From positions 1 to 34,829 of the IMG/VR virus record IMGVR_UViG_3300038492_000672: a stretch of 34,829 bases of DNA; one strand, written 5' to 3'. Below the pieces are notes generated by a model. It saw nothing but the letters and a program-made list of their open reading frames with translations, was not told where the DNA came from and ran no database searches. This stretch comes from a virus (Duplodnaviria; Caudoviricetes). Below are positions 17,896-27,545 of this stretch, piece by piece (position 1 is the first letter of the stretch; the number at the start of each line of letters is the position of its first letter). A program made the position numbers and the translations under genes.

Positions 17896-18819
17896 CTATT
17901 CAAGTATTTTACCTTCCCACCCCACAGCATCAAGCTCCTCAGTGACGGCAGTAGTCACAGTTCGGCAGTGAAAGTGATAGGGCGGCAGGGCCATTGACTG
18001 ACGCAGACGACCAACCCGCTTGCCACGTAACTTATCGAAATTGACCCACGGTGCTATGCGTTTCACCCGCTCAGGGTTACGGGCAGCCATCAGTTTATCC
18101 CGGGTACGCACGGCCCAGGATACCGGGAGGATTACTCCATCAAGTCCCCGGCAGATGTCGGAGGTGCGGTTATCAACAACGGCATCAACGCGCAGAAAGA
18201 GAATCCGCCCCTTCACGTAGCCTTCAGTGTGTGCAAACTCCCTTGCCCTGGTAGTGACATTATTGGCAAAGCCCTCCCAGTATGCTGCACTCCTGTTGAA
18301 TTGATCACCGAAGGCCCGATTGAAGGCGGAACCGGCATCAGCACGCGAAAGACCCTGCCTTAAGACATCTTCGGCCAGGTTGGCAATCTTGGCTGACACC
18401 CACTTGCCATAATACTGCCCGATCCAGTACGCCCCGTCTCCGTTCAGCCACCTGATGGCGGCCTGATCAGTCACATTGAAGCTTGGCGCAGCATTTAACA
18501 CATCCCGCTGCCCGAGGTCATAGGTCTGAAACACGAGCTGGTCAAAACGTCCCCGCACCCGGGCTACCAGGTCAAGTCCCAGCCGGTTGGAAAGGTCTCT
18601 GAGCAGTGCATCAACCTCAGCCTCAGTCACCCGGCCCTCGCCACGCCCGATGATGCGTGCTGCATCCTCAATTGATGCTCTGATGCCTGCGTTCCACTCA
18701 CTGAGAAGCAGATCTGCAAGCTTTCGTGCAATGACGGCGTAGGGGCCTTCCTGGCGCGCCTTGGCAATACTCTCGATCCGTTTAAGATCTGCTATGTAGC
18801 TCTCTCTTGCGCTGTGCAT
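17896..18819 (-). CDS. Minor head protein (Mu gpF/SPP1 gp7-like)
   Basis: DNRTSDICRGLDG and PPYHFHCRT motifs. Confidence 0.88.
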   Translation of the reverse strand: MHSARESYIADLKRIESIAKARQEGPYAVIARKLADLLLSEWNAGIRASIEDAARIIGRGEGRVTEAEVDALLRDLSNRLGLDLVARVRGRFDQLVFQTYDLGQRDVLNAAPSFNVTDQAAIRWLNGDGAYWIGQYYGKWVSAKIANLAEDVLRQGLSRADAGSAFNRAFGDQFNRSAAYWEGFANNVTTRAREFAHTEGYVKGRILFLRVDAVVDNRTSDICRGLDGVILPVSWAVRTRDKLMAARNPERVKRIAPWVNFDKLRGKRVGRLRQSMALPPYHFHCRTVTTAVTEELDAVGWEGKILE

Positions 18820-19030
18820 CCCATCTCGACTTTTTTATCAGGTGATTGTATATGGTCTTCTCATCACACCCGAGCAATAGTGCTGCGTCAATTGCTGCCT
18901 GGGTGTTGGTCGGTGCATTCTTCCTGAAGTGCCGGTAGATATGCACACTGGTCAGCACATTGACCTGCTTGTGGCTCTCTGCCTCAAAGCAGATGATGTG
19001 ACCATCCTCCAGTGTAATCCGTACTTCCAT
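18782..19030 (-). CDS. Small protein with possible C-terminal HTH
   Basis: AALLLGCDEKTIYNHL resembles an HTH recognition helix. Confidence 0.55.
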   Translation of the reverse strand: MEVRITLEDGHIICFEAESHKQVNVLTSVHIYRHFRKNAPTNTQAAIDAALLLGCDEKTIYNHLIKKSRWDAQRKRELHSRS

Positions 19031-19045
19031 GTCGTTATCCTCTCT

Positions 19046-20230
19046 TCAAAATACTTTCACGTCATCAATAAGCGCATTTGACATCTCGTGGGTATAGACC
19101 CCGTAACGCTTGGCATCCATCAGGTCATCAAAGAACTTGATCGGCTCATCCAGGATCTGCCCGTTCTTGTGCTCCCGCCACTTGTAGCCTGCCCGCTCCT
19201 TGATCAAGTCGACGTTCTCAGAGGTGCAGTAAAACCGCTGCCGCTGACAGAAGTCGATTCCATCTGCCACATCCTTCTTGGCCTTCCAGATATTGTAACC
19301 CTCTGCCTGTATCTCATCAATCAGGGCCGGTTCAGCACTGTCAGCATAGATTGGGGCACCCTTCGGGACCTTAAGCCGTTTGAGTGCCTTGATTCTATCA
19401 CTGTTATGCAGGTAGGAGTCATAGATCAGTTGCCGCAGGTAGTAGCCCTCATCGCGCTTACCGATCCACACCAGGGCAGTGGGGTGGTTGTACCCGAAGT
19501 CAAGCCCGTAGAACTGATCTGAGTAATCATCCGGATAGGCTTCAATGATTGCGTAAGGCCTATAGATCTGATTCGCTACAGTTGAGTATTCACCGAGCCC
19601 AAACACCCGCCAGAAAGCCGGATCATTAGCCTGCATGTGCTCGATGCGCTTCACAGTCGATGGATCAAGGAAGGTGTTGTCCTTGTAGGTTGACAGGATC
19701 ACGTCTGCCCGGTTCATGTCCTCAATCTCAGACTTGATCCAGGTGAAGGGGTCAGAGGGGTTGAAGTCGATAAAGAACTGATTGGGCTTCCCGTCCAGTG
19801 AAGGCGCTGACAGCCTCAAGTAGGGCTGCTTGAACTCATCATAGGTCATCTCGTTGGCTTCATTGAACCAGACATAATTCCACTCAGGTCCGCGTATCTT
19901 CTGCTCATCATCGATGGATACAAAGTAGAAGGCTGAACCCGTGTAGGGGTAACGGTAGGTGTTCTCAGTCTTGTTGTGATGGTCCTTGCGGTAGATCCCG
20001 TGCTCTTTCAGCAGACTGATCACGGTATTCATCACCGAGATCCTGAGTGCCGGAAAGCCTTTTCGTGAGATCAGGAAGCGCTTGCGGGGCTCTGTTACCA
20101 GCTTCTGAATGAAGAGCTGTGCGAGAGAATAGGTCTTACTGGACCGGGTGCCGCCCCGGTTGATCACGATATCCGCATCTGCTTCCATGTTGCGGATAAA
20201 GACCGGTGTTACCTGAAGGTTTAAATCCAT
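19046..20230 (-). CDS. terL: Terminase large subunit (PBSX family)
   Basis: Walker A RGGTRSSKT, Walker B WFNEA, DFNP, nuclease GLDFGYNHP and DDLMDAKRY. Confidence 0.96.
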   Translation of the reverse strand: MDLNLQVTPVFIRNMEADADIVINRGGTRSSKTYSLAQLFIQKLVTEPRKRFLISRKGFPALRISVMNTVISLLKEHGIYRKDHHNKTENTYRYPYTGSAFYFVSIDDEQKIRGPEWNYVWFNEANEMTYDEFKQPYLRLSAPSLDGKPNQFFIDFNPSDPFTWIKSEIEDMNRADVILSTYKDNTFLDPSTVKRIEHMQANDPAFWRVFGLGEYSTVANQIYRPYAIIEAYPDDYSDQFYGLDFGYNHPTALVWIGKRDEGYYLRQLIYDSYLHNSDRIKALKRLKVPKGAPIYADSAEPALIDEIQAEGYNIWKAKKDVADGIDFCQRQRFYCTSENVDLIKERAGYKWREHKNGQILDEPIKFFDDLMDAKRYGVYTHEMSNALIDDVKVF

Positions 20231-20240
20231 CCCTGATTCA

Positions 20241-20603
20241 TCACTGTTTGACGGTTACATTTACCTTTCCGATGACGGGCCGATCAGTGACCTCATCAGC
20301 CTCACGGTAGCCGTGGCATGACTTTAAGACAAAGATAGTGCCTGCCACGTTGCCGGAGGTCGTCTGCACCCGCTCAGTCATCTCCTGCTCGATCCTGAGC
20401 TGAGCTCTTTTAATAGCGTAAGAAAAGCGTTTGCGCTTGGCGTAGTCATAGATCGATTGACGGGTTTCAAATCCGAGGTAGTATGCCAGTCCTGCAATGG
20501 TCGCTGGCTTCTTGCGGTGCTCACAGTCTTTGAAGTAAAGATCGATGCCTTCTTCCAAGTCAACTACTGAACTGAATTTCGGCGGCCTGCCGGTATCCTT
20601 CAT
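20241..20603 (-). CDS. terS: Terminase small subunit (P22 gp3-like)
   Basis: GRPPKF, TIAGLAYYLG and IFVLK motifs; directly upstream of terL. Confidence 0.85.
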   Translation of the reverse strand: MKDTGRPPKFSSVVDLEEGIDLYFKDCEHRKKPATIAGLAYYLGFETRQSIYDYAKRKRFSYAIKRAQLRIEQEMTERVQTTSGNVAGTIFVLKSCHGYREADEVTDRPVIGKVNVTVKQ

Positions 20604-20902
20604 TATGCGCTCCTCTTCCGTGCTTTGCGTATATCTTCCCTGGTCTTTGCTACTTCACTTACTGTCTCGATGATGTACTCACCGAAGCTGATCGGGTTAT
20701 CCTCAAGCTGTTCTGTGTATTCAACCCACAACCGTTCAAACTCACGCTCTCTGAACTTCAGCGTCACACCCCGCCCGGGAAAGAACTGTCCGTCACCGGT
20801 AATGGCTCCCATCCGCCAGCCGATGTGTGCGCCGGTGAGCAAGCCAAGCAGTCCTGATGCGATCATTAATGCAGCATTAAAGAGCACGAAGTAATCATTC
20901 AT
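20603..20902 (-). CDS. Hypothetical protein with N-terminal TM helix
   Basis: Overlap-coupled to both neighbours; hydrophobic N-terminus. Confidence 0.65.
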   Translation of the reverse strand: MNDYFVLFNAALMIASGLLGLLTGAHIGWRMGAITGDGQFFPGRGVTLKFREREFERLWVEYTEQLEDNPISFGEYIIETVSEVAKTREDIRKARKRSA

Positions 20903-21216
20903 GCGGCGTCCTCAGCTGCCTCCTTGCGCTTGCGGGGTTTGCGCATTGCTGTTTCCAACCTTTTAAGGCAGGCACGCAAGTGCTCTTCATTCCCGCCAGC
21001 AAGCTGGGTGGCATTCACGTCAATACCATTCAGCTTCAGGAAGTAGAAAAGCACATCCTGCGACAACAGCCGGTGAAAGGTGATCTTGGTGCCAAGGAGA
21101 GGTTTGGGAGCTAAGACGACGGTGTATGCGTTTACTTTTCGGCCGGTAGCAAAGTTGATGACTGCTGCCTTAACTGTTGGGTATGCTTCCAGGATTTTCT
21201 TAAGGTTCATGTTCAC
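20899..21216 (-). CDS. Basic hypothetical protein, first gene of the late operon
   Basis: AAGGA Shine-Dalgarno; lies just downstream of the promoter at 21251..21279. Confidence 0.65.
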   Translation of the reverse strand: MNMNLKKILEAYPTVKAAVINFATGRKVNAYTVVLAPKPLLGTKITFHRLLSQDVLFYFLKLNGIDVNATQLAGGNEEHLRACLKRLETAMRKPRKRKEAAEDAA

Positions 21217-21250
21217 ATTCCTTTGTTTTGGGTTAATACCCTTTCAAAGG

Positions 21251-21279
21251 AAAGTAGAACATGTGTTCTAATGATGCAA
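21251..21279 (-). promoter_or_regulatory. Sigma70-type promoter with a palindromic GAAC-N4-GTTC operator in the spacer
   Basis: TTGCAT-N17-TACTTT; TAGAACA-TG-TGTTCTA at 21255..21270. Confidence 0.65.
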
Positions 21280-21384
21280 GGATTTTTGGACAAAGCAACG
21301 GTTTGTAAGGGTAGTTTTCTTACAATACACTGATCCATTCGAGGAAAGCTTGTTAATTAACCCAGAATTTATTATTCACTTGGC

Positions 21385-21624
21385 CTAAAAGCGTCCCCGC
21401 TCAATCAATCCTTCAATTTCTGACGGACTTAGTGACCAACGATCATTGTTAAAACGCGCAATCAAATCAACAACAGTGCGATCTACGTTTTCGACATATA
21501 TGAACATTAACTGGTTTTCGTTACCCTGAGTGACTCGGTGATCACCATAGACCAAGTTTAGTACCTGATAGTTGCCGCTTTCTACCAATTCTACAGCTTG
21601 CTCAAACAATGCGCTATTACTCAT
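21385..21624 (-). CDS. Hypothetical protein
   Basis: GGAGG Shine-Dalgarno; 79 aa. Confidence 0.65.
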   Translation of the reverse strand: MSNSALFEQAVELVESGNYQVLNLVYGDHRVTQGNENQLMFIYVENVDRTVVDLIARFNNDRWSLSPSEIEGLIERGRF

Positions 21625-21807
21625 GTTTCCTCCGAAGTCTTGATATGCTTTGGGTATGAAGTTGCTTATCTCGATTTTAAGTTATTATGCCAATCCCAAC
21701 GCCCCGGCTGCTGCAGTGTCTGGTTCGGTGCCACTACCCGGCCCAGGAACGAGACCTCCGAGTCCATACATGGGAAGCACCCCATGCTATGCAAGTAAGC
21801 TAGATCT

Positions 21808-22635
21808 TTAGACGAGATCTTCCTCGATACTACTGAAAATTTCGTCGTCGATCCCATAAGCGTCCTTTGCCCTGCCAATTCCCCGGAGGGCCATGTACCC
21901 AATCTCGCCCAAAATCACACCTGTTACCGCACTAGCGAGTATCCATGCAAAACCAGTAATACCTTCAGCTTTGGCGACTCCTTCGCTACGACCTGCATCA
22001 ACGTCTTGCTTTGCCATCCGGTCGTAGACGTAGAAAGCTGAGTTATCGCCTTTTTCAAGGCCCTCAGCCACGTCACAACCGACGCAGTACCGGTTTTCGT
22101 GCGTGTCCTCGGGGTCGGAAAGCACCGAAACACCCCCTTTTTCGCTCTCTATCGTTATAATTTCCTTTTTTCCGGCAGGGTCTTCGTATACCTCGAAGGC
22201 GTATTTATCTCCTATTTCGCTCGGTGCAGCGATATATCGGGACTGTATAACACTATTGTCGAAGTAAGGAGAGCCGGATTTAAGGTAGTCGATATCCAGC
22301 TCTTGCGCTACAGCGGCCGGATCATCGGCGCGACGCTCGCATTCAGCGTCATACCAGATCGATCTCGGCTTGTGTCTCTGCCCGTCTTTGCCGGTCTCGT
22401 GGTACAGTCCGACTGCTTTGAGCGGATGCTTCGACCAGTGCAGCGTCTCGACCTCGATCGCCCCTGAGAAGCGCAATTGCGCAAATTTCACGGCCATTCC
22501 ATAGGGAGTTGAGACAGGCAGCCGTGAACGCGTTGCGTCTGCAACAGAGATCCAGGCATCCGTTGCTGTTTCATCCCACTTCGCGAACTCATCCAGCATC
22601 GCGGCGAGATAGCCCCCGCCGCTCCCTCCGGCGTT
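21808..22635 (-). pseudogene. Internal fragment of a second, different terminase large subunit fused to an unrelated tail
   Basis: Has Walker B LDEFA, STPYG and nuclease GCDVAEG..GDNS, but lacks Walker A and the distal nuclease residues. Confidence 0.75.
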
Positions 22636-22854
22636 TTAATCACTGGCATAGATGTTTAGTAAAAAAACTATACCGTCTTTCGTCGGCCTTACCATGACAG
22701 ACCTAACGTCTATTTGCGAGCGTTTAATCCCAAGCTCTTTTGAGACATATGCCCTTTCTGCATTTGCCTCTTTCTGGTTGCGAAACCATCGATGATTTAT
22801 ACCAGATGCGGTTTCGCCGTTGTCGTCCCAATATGTGACTCTCCAAATTCTCAT
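22636..22854 (-). CDS. Hypothetical protein
   Basis: ATGA overlap with the upstream gene. Confidence 0.55.
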   Translation of the reverse strand: MRIWRVTYWDDNGETASGINHRWFRNQKEANAERAYVSKELGIKRSQIDVRSVMVRPTKDGIVFLLNIYASD

Positions 22855-23228
22855 CCCCAACTCCCATATTTGAAATCAGTCCAGTGAATTATTTTACCGT
22901 GGAAATCCTTGTTGAACCACTTTAGAAAGCCCATAGCCCCTGTAAATCCGTCATTGCGACCAAGGATGCCGTAAAACCCATAAGAAAAAAGATAGCCCCC
23001 TATGATGATACTGGGCATTAATTTATCATCTTCCCAAATGATAGATATGTCTTGAGTCGATACACATTCACTTTTCATGAAGCAATTATAGTTTTTTGTC
23101 CCTACACCGGTTGCCATTTGAATATTGTTTCCGGTTTCCCAACGTCCTGCTAGATCTTCTTGTAAGGTATGTATCTTTCGACCGGAAAGAATTGGCTCAA
23201 CAAATTGTTGTTTGAATGCTAAAATCAT
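22851..23228 (-). CDS. ASCH/PUA-like domain protein
   Basis: F...F..PILSGRKIHT, W..G and RNDGF..F..WF motifs. Confidence 0.7.
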   Translation of the reverse strand: MILAFKQQFVEPILSGRKIHTLQEDLAGRWETGNNIQMATGVGTKNYNCFMKSECVSTQDISIIWEDDKLMPSIIIGGYLFSYGFYGILGRNDGFTGAMGFLKWFNKDFHGKIIHWTDFKYGSWG

Positions 23229-23367
23229 TCGCGATCCTCCAAAAGATCTCCCGCCGCTCTCTGCGCCGATAGATCCGCTTCGATTGCTTCAGCGGGCCGG
23301 GATGGCAGTGTATGCACCGGCCATCGCCCTTCGGGCTGCGCTTTTGCGTGTTGGGGGATTTAGTCAT
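23197..23367 (-). CDS. Small basic hypothetical protein with CxxC
   Basis: ATGA overlap with 23364..23720. Confidence 0.4.
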   Translation of the reverse strand: MTKSPNTQKRSPKGDGRCIHCHPGPLKQSKRIYRRRERREIFWRIANDFSIQTTIC

Positions 23368-23720
23368 TTGCGCCTCCAGAAACACTTGCAGTTGAAACGG
23401 CTTGAGTCTCGCCAATCCAGTATGTCAGATTTGAATCGCCCTATTGCAACCAGAAAACCATAACCAGAGTAATCCCTGACAATCAAGCCGCGACCAGAAA
23501 AGCCCTCTGCGGTTGAGGGGTCGCGGTCATAGCAGGACAAGGCCCGCCTGCGGCTCCATTGCCCGACGCTGTTCCGTGTGTAAACGATTCGCTTACCGCC
23601 GACCGCCCGTATCTCGATATGTTCTTCATTCCTCCCGTTCCGGGCGACGTAAAAGCCCGGTGGGTGTGTCCGGTAGAACGCCCGTCTCCGAACGTCCCGT
23701 TGATCCAGTTTGAATTGCAT
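23364..23720 (-). CDS. Hypothetical protein
   Basis: GGAGGG Shine-Dalgarno; follows ssb. Confidence 0.6.
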   Translation of the reverse strand: MQFKLDQRDVRRRAFYRTHPPGFYVARNGRNEEHIEIRAVGGKRIVYTRNSVGQWSRRRALSCYDRDPSTAEGFSGRGLIVRDYSGYGFLVAIGRFKSDILDWRDSSRFNCKCFWRRK

Positions 23721-23733
23721 GATCCCTCCGTGG

Positions 23734-24132
23734 TTAGAATGGTAAATCGTCCGATGTCTCAGCAGGGGTCGGGTTGCTCACCGGCTCTGCGGAATCACCA
23801 CCCTTGTCGCCGAGCAACTGGAGATCGCTTACCACGATCTCTGTTGTATAGCGCTTCTGACCGTTTTGATCCTCCCAATCACGGGTTTGCAGGCGCCCCT
23901 CGACATAGACCCGACTGCCCTTACGAGTGTACTCTTTTGCAACTTCGGCCAGGCGCCCCCACAGAGTGACCCTGTGCCACTCTGTCTGCTCCTGCCATTC
24001 GTCGTTCTTTTTAAAGCTTCTGGTGGTTGCTATGCTTAGATTGGCGACAGCGGTACCACCCCCTGTGTGCCGCACCTCCGGATCTTGTCTGAGGCGGCCG
24101 ATGAGAATTGCTTTATTGACTGTTCCACGCAT
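23734..24132 (-). CDS. ssb: Single-stranded DNA-binding protein
   Basis: [33 protein letters not shown] and acidic DDLPF tail. Confidence 0.97.
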   Translation of the reverse strand: MRGTVNKAILIGRLRQDPEVRHTGGGTAVANLSIATTRSFKKNDEWQEQTEWHRVTLWGRLAEVAKEYTRKGSRVYVEGRLQTRDWEDQNGQKRYTTEIVVSDLQLLGDKGGDSAEPVSNPTPAETSDDLPF

Positions 24133-24148
24133 TGTTGTTACTCCTGTG

Positions 24149-24427
24149 TTAAACTTTTGACCTCTCCGCCTCTTTTTCTCGCTGGCGGAGCTCTTTAATT
24201 TGATCGCCCGTTAAGGCGCTTACTTTCTCGAACCCCTCACGCTCCGACACATGACGAAGAAAGAAGCTCGCATGAAGCGGGAAGTTCTTCGAGCGCGGCC
24301 TGAATACAAACTCTGCACAGTATTGCAGCACGTTGTCAGTCGTCTTCGGAGTCCCGTTACGCTCAAATATCTGCTCCATGTGATCTGCGTTCCCATAGAT
24401 CTTGGGCCAAAGCTGGAGGTCCGGCAT
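24149..24427 (-). CDS. Hypothetical protein
   Basis: Start reassigned to MPDLQLW, just after the VRR-NUC stop. Confidence 0.55.
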   Translation of the reverse strand: MPDLQLWPKIYGNADHMEQIFERNGTPKTTDNVLQYCAEFVFRPRSKNFPLHASFFLRHVSEREGFEKVSALTGDQIKELRQREKEAERSKV

Positions 24428-24428
24428 A

Positions 24429-24917
24429 TCAAAACCCCACTTCCGGATCGATGGGATGCACGTCGTCCACCGAATCCACGCTGTGCTTGTTCCGGTAGGC
24501 GAGAACATCCAGGTCGTCAACCAAGATCCCGGTTACTTCCGAGATGACCCGCTGAAACTCCTTAAAGGTCTCGAACGTGTAGTGATGACCGATCTCGGTT
24601 TTGTCGATTTTAGCCTTAAACCACTTCTGTTCCTTCGACATCCGGCCACCCGGCTTCTTAACCTCCAAGCAGATGTAAGTCTTATCTCGCAGCCAGAGAA
24701 GATCAGAGACGCCTTTAAGCAGCCCCATCTGCTTCTGCTTCTGCCCGTAAGCCATTGCCTGCTGCCTACTCGCCCGGATGCCCTGGTTCTTGACCATGAA
24801 AAGAACCTCTCCGGGAAGAGCTTGCCGGAACCACTTGACGCAGCGGATCTGTAATTTATCCTCATCCTGCCTTCGCGATCTCGGCAGCCGGTTGACCACC
24901 TTCGGATTCCATGCCAT
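24429..24917 (-). CDS. VRR-NUC (PD-(D/E)XK) nuclease / putative resolvase
   Basis: EDKLQ, GVSDL and LEVK..GGRMSKEQ motifs. Confidence 0.88.
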   Translation of the reverse strand: MAWNPKVVNRLPRSRRQDEDKLQIRCVKWFRQALPGEVLFMVKNQGIRASRQQAMAYGQKQKQMGLLKGVSDLLWLRDKTYICLEVKKPGGRMSKEQKWFKAKIDKTEIGHHYTFETFKEFQRVISEVTGILVDDLDVLAYRNKHSVDSVDDVHPIDPEVGF

Positions 24918-24974
24918 ATCTTCCTCCGTGATTTTTTTGTATAAAATTGAATAATTGCATAAGCCGTCAAAAAA

Positions 24975-25160
24975 CCCTTGTAACGGTGTAACACTCTAAA
25001 TCGCATTGCACGTATACTTTCTTCTATTTTTCTCTCTTTTTCTTATATTTCGCTTATATTAATTATTATTAAAAAAAAGTGTTACAGTGTTACAAATCAT
25101 AAAAAACAAGAACTTACAGCGTTACAAAAAGTGTTACTGTAACACTTAAAGTGTTACAAC
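24975..25160. promoter_or_regulatory. Putative replication origin
   Basis: Multiple direct and inverted GTGTTACA/TGTAACAC iterons flanking an AT-rich tract (about 25015..25078), immediately downstream of the helicase gene. Confidence 0.8.
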
Positions 25161-25169
25161 TCGCAAATT

Positions 25170-26759
25170 TTAGCGAGACGGCAAAAACGGGTTTTCCGGG
25201 TAGGCGATTTCGGTGCTGTTTGTATCGCCAATCTGGTAGCAACGTGTTACAGAACCAGACCAGTCCCGTATTGATTTATTATGCACTTTTCTGCATTTAT
25301 ATTCACACCACTGCTTGACCCACACGCTGAATCTGTGGATCGGAATCCGTCTGTTTAGCTTGATTGTTGAGTAATCTCTGAGGAATCTTTCGAGTGTTTC
25401 GTTGGTCAGATAACAGCCGTCTTTCTCGAAAAAAATCTCAGCCCATTCAACGAATTCGGAGCAGGTGGCCTCTTCGATTCGGCGTCTATCGGTGTTGATT
25501 CTCGCATATTCAATGATCCCGGATTGGAAAAAAGTCATTACGCAGAAGGCGAGGAAGTTATCAAATTTTCGCCATTCATCTTCTGGCCATCCGGAGAAAA
25601 ATTCCCGGTTAAATTCATCGATGGGTTGATGCTTGTCTGAGAAGTAATCGGAGAGTTCTATTTCGTGGACTCTTCGCCGGGTGCTGATGTCGTTTTGAGC
25701 TATTATCCGGTTCGTAGCGGCAACAAATTTCGGTGAGTCTGAATAGGGGATTGTGATAGGGTTCTGGTGTTTCCGCTCTGTTGTCAGATCGCCTGTTATC
25801 ATCTGGAAGAGCTGCCCCCAGGGAAACCCCCTATTGGTCTCATCTATTAACAGTAGATCGGTGTCCATGTCTATGGAGGCGAAGGCGAATGTCTTGTCCG
25901 GGCGCCATGTCTTACCGTTCACAATTACGAGGTTGCGGATGTGGCTTAGTGCTTTTACCACGAGTGTCTTGCCGGTACCGCCATTTGAATCGCCCATCAA
26001 CTCCGGAACCTTTTCGTCTACCAGGACAATCATCTTGGAGAGGGTTCCCGTCTTCTTTCTATGTATCAAGTAGCCGAGGGATGAGACCATCGACCAGTAG
26101 CGGCCCGGGTCGTCGTCGTGATTGGTTATCATCTTCAGGAAGCACTGAAAGTCGCATTTCTCGAAGTCGCATTTCTCGAAGTCGCGATCTATGATTGAGG
26201 ATTTCCACACATATCCGTCGATTTCTTCGTAGGGCTTGAGCTCCGGGCCTGCTGCCACTATTTCTACAACCCCGTTCTGGTAGTAGAGTCTGGATATACC
26301 GGGCTCATCTGCGCTCCAGTTTAACCTTCGTGTCGGCAGAGCCTCGACGAACTCATTGTTAAACAGCCTGACAATCCCACTGAGCAGGGCGTCATAAACC
26401 ATGTCCTGGTAAACCGGGTCGGGGAAATCATCGCTGGTCACGAAGTCAAGCACGAAGTCTTTTATTTGGGTCCGGGATACCTTTTCTGTTAGGTGGCCCT
26501 CGATCCGGATATAGATGTAGTCGATTTCGGTGGTATAGTATTTACAAAACCCGTGATATTGCAGGAATCCGATCAGCATTGCCCTGTCGATACCCATTTT
26601 CGGCGCTTCGTTCTTTTTTGGTTCGATGGGATACCAGAACACCGGGTGATCGCACGCTCGGATAAGCTCGTCGTGGTGCTGTCGTCGCCGCTCTTCAGGG
26701 GTTAGGTTTTCGGCTATATCAAATCGCTCTGCTGCTTTAGCTTCCATATTCTCGCTCAA
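25170..26759 (-). CDS. SF3/D5-like primase-associated helicase
   Basis: Walker A GGTGKT, Walker B LLIDE, motif C ATN and STRRR arginine finger. Confidence 0.85.
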   Translation of the reverse strand: MSENMEAKAAERFDIAENLTPEERRRQHHDELIRACDHPVFWYPIEPKKNEAPKMGIDRAMLIGFLQYHGFCKYYTTEIDYIYIRIEGHLTEKVSRTQIKDFVLDFVTSDDFPDPVYQDMVYDALLSGIVRLFNNEFVEALPTRRLNWSADEPGISRLYYQNGVVEIVAAGPELKPYEEIDGYVWKSSIIDRDFEKCDFEKCDFQCFLKMITNHDDDPGRYWSMVSSLGYLIHRKKTGTLSKMIVLVDEKVPELMGDSNGGTGKTLVVKALSHIRNLVIVNGKTWRPDKTFAFASIDMDTDLLLIDETNRGFPWGQLFQMITGDLTTERKHQNPITIPYSDSPKFVAATNRIIAQNDISTRRRVHEIELSDYFSDKHQPIDEFNREFFSGWPEDEWRKFDNFLAFCVMTFFQSGIIEYARINTDRRRIEEATCSEFVEWAEIFFEKDGCYLTNETLERFLRDYSTIKLNRRIPIHRFSVWVKQWCEYKCRKVHNKSIRDWSGSVTRCYQIGDTNSTEIAYPENPFLPSR

Positions 26760-27318
26760 TTTTTGCTATCCCCTCCGTGAGGTTCATGTCCAATTCGTCT
26801 AATAGTGTGTCGTAGATTTGCCGCCAGCGATAGATCTCCGCGTCGGTGACCAGCCCAACCGTGTACGCTTTGTTCCGCCATTCATTTTCCAGGCAGAGTA
26901 ATTCGTTGCCGATCTCCCACTGCGCCCAGGTAAGCTTTTTGTCCTGCGCTTCAGCCTTGCGCTGTTGTGCTGCCTTGCTGGGTACGTAGGGTTTCCGTTT
27001 CTTTTTGTAGGCCTCCGTGTTCACGCTGCCCTGTCCAAAGCGGTCCATTAGCGCGACTATTGCTGTCCGGTAGTCGTAGTGAAGAACGAACATCGTTAAG
27101 CCAACAGCCCCGCCCCCCCGATGGAATGCACACCCGTCATGCCAGCACCGGGCGAAGTTGCCCTCCCAGGTGATACTAAAGTGCGTCTTAGCACCCTTCC
27201 CACCGTGTCCGGCAGGACACCGGCCCCGTCCGCGCCGATTCAGCTCGATCCCCAACCAGCTCGCTACGTCGAGCAAGTGAACGCGGTTAACCTCTGCGTA
27301 TGCGCTTCGGGTGATCAA
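26737..27318 (-). CDS. CHC2-type zinc-finger protein (primase Zn-binding-like)
   Basis: CPAGH...CWHDGC..GGGAV motif; likely TTG start overlapping the upstream TGA. Confidence 0.75.
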   Translation of the reverse strand: MITRSAYAEVNRVHLLDVASWLGIELNRRGRGRCPAGHGGKGAKTHFSITWEGNFARCWHDGCAFHRGGGAVGLTMFVLHYDYRTAIVALMDRFGQGSVNTEAYKKKRKPYVPSKAAQQRKAEAQDKKLTWAQWEIGNELLCLENEWRNKAYTVGLVTDAEIYRWRQIYDTLLDELDMNLTEGIAKIEREYGS

Positions 27319-27545
27319 AGCTTCTCCAGTTCCCTGTTGTAGAATAGGAGCGCAAGATCGATTGACCTGTCGTCGCACATGACCTCTGAAGATTCTCCGG
27401 GCCTATCCAAAACGACCCCGTAGGCGCCAGCGGGAGAGTTGGAGTGCTCTATAGCGACAAATAGGCTTAATACTGCCCCGCTGTCACTATAGTATTCAGC
27501 AAGTAAAAAGCTGTCTTCAAGGTCTTCTGCTTTCAAAGGTTTCAT
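27315..27545 (-). CDS. Hypothetical protein
   Basis: ATGA overlap; GGAGG Shine-Dalgarno. Confidence 0.6.
   Translation of the reverse strand: MKPLKAEDLEDSFLLAEYYSDSGAVLSLFVAIEHSNSPAGAYGVVLDRPGESSEVMCDDRSIDLALLFYNRELEKL

Noticed and set aside
24975-25160. CRISPR-like array
   Set aside because: The repeats are 6-9 bp, irregularly spaced and in both orientations, which fits iterons. No cas genes are present.
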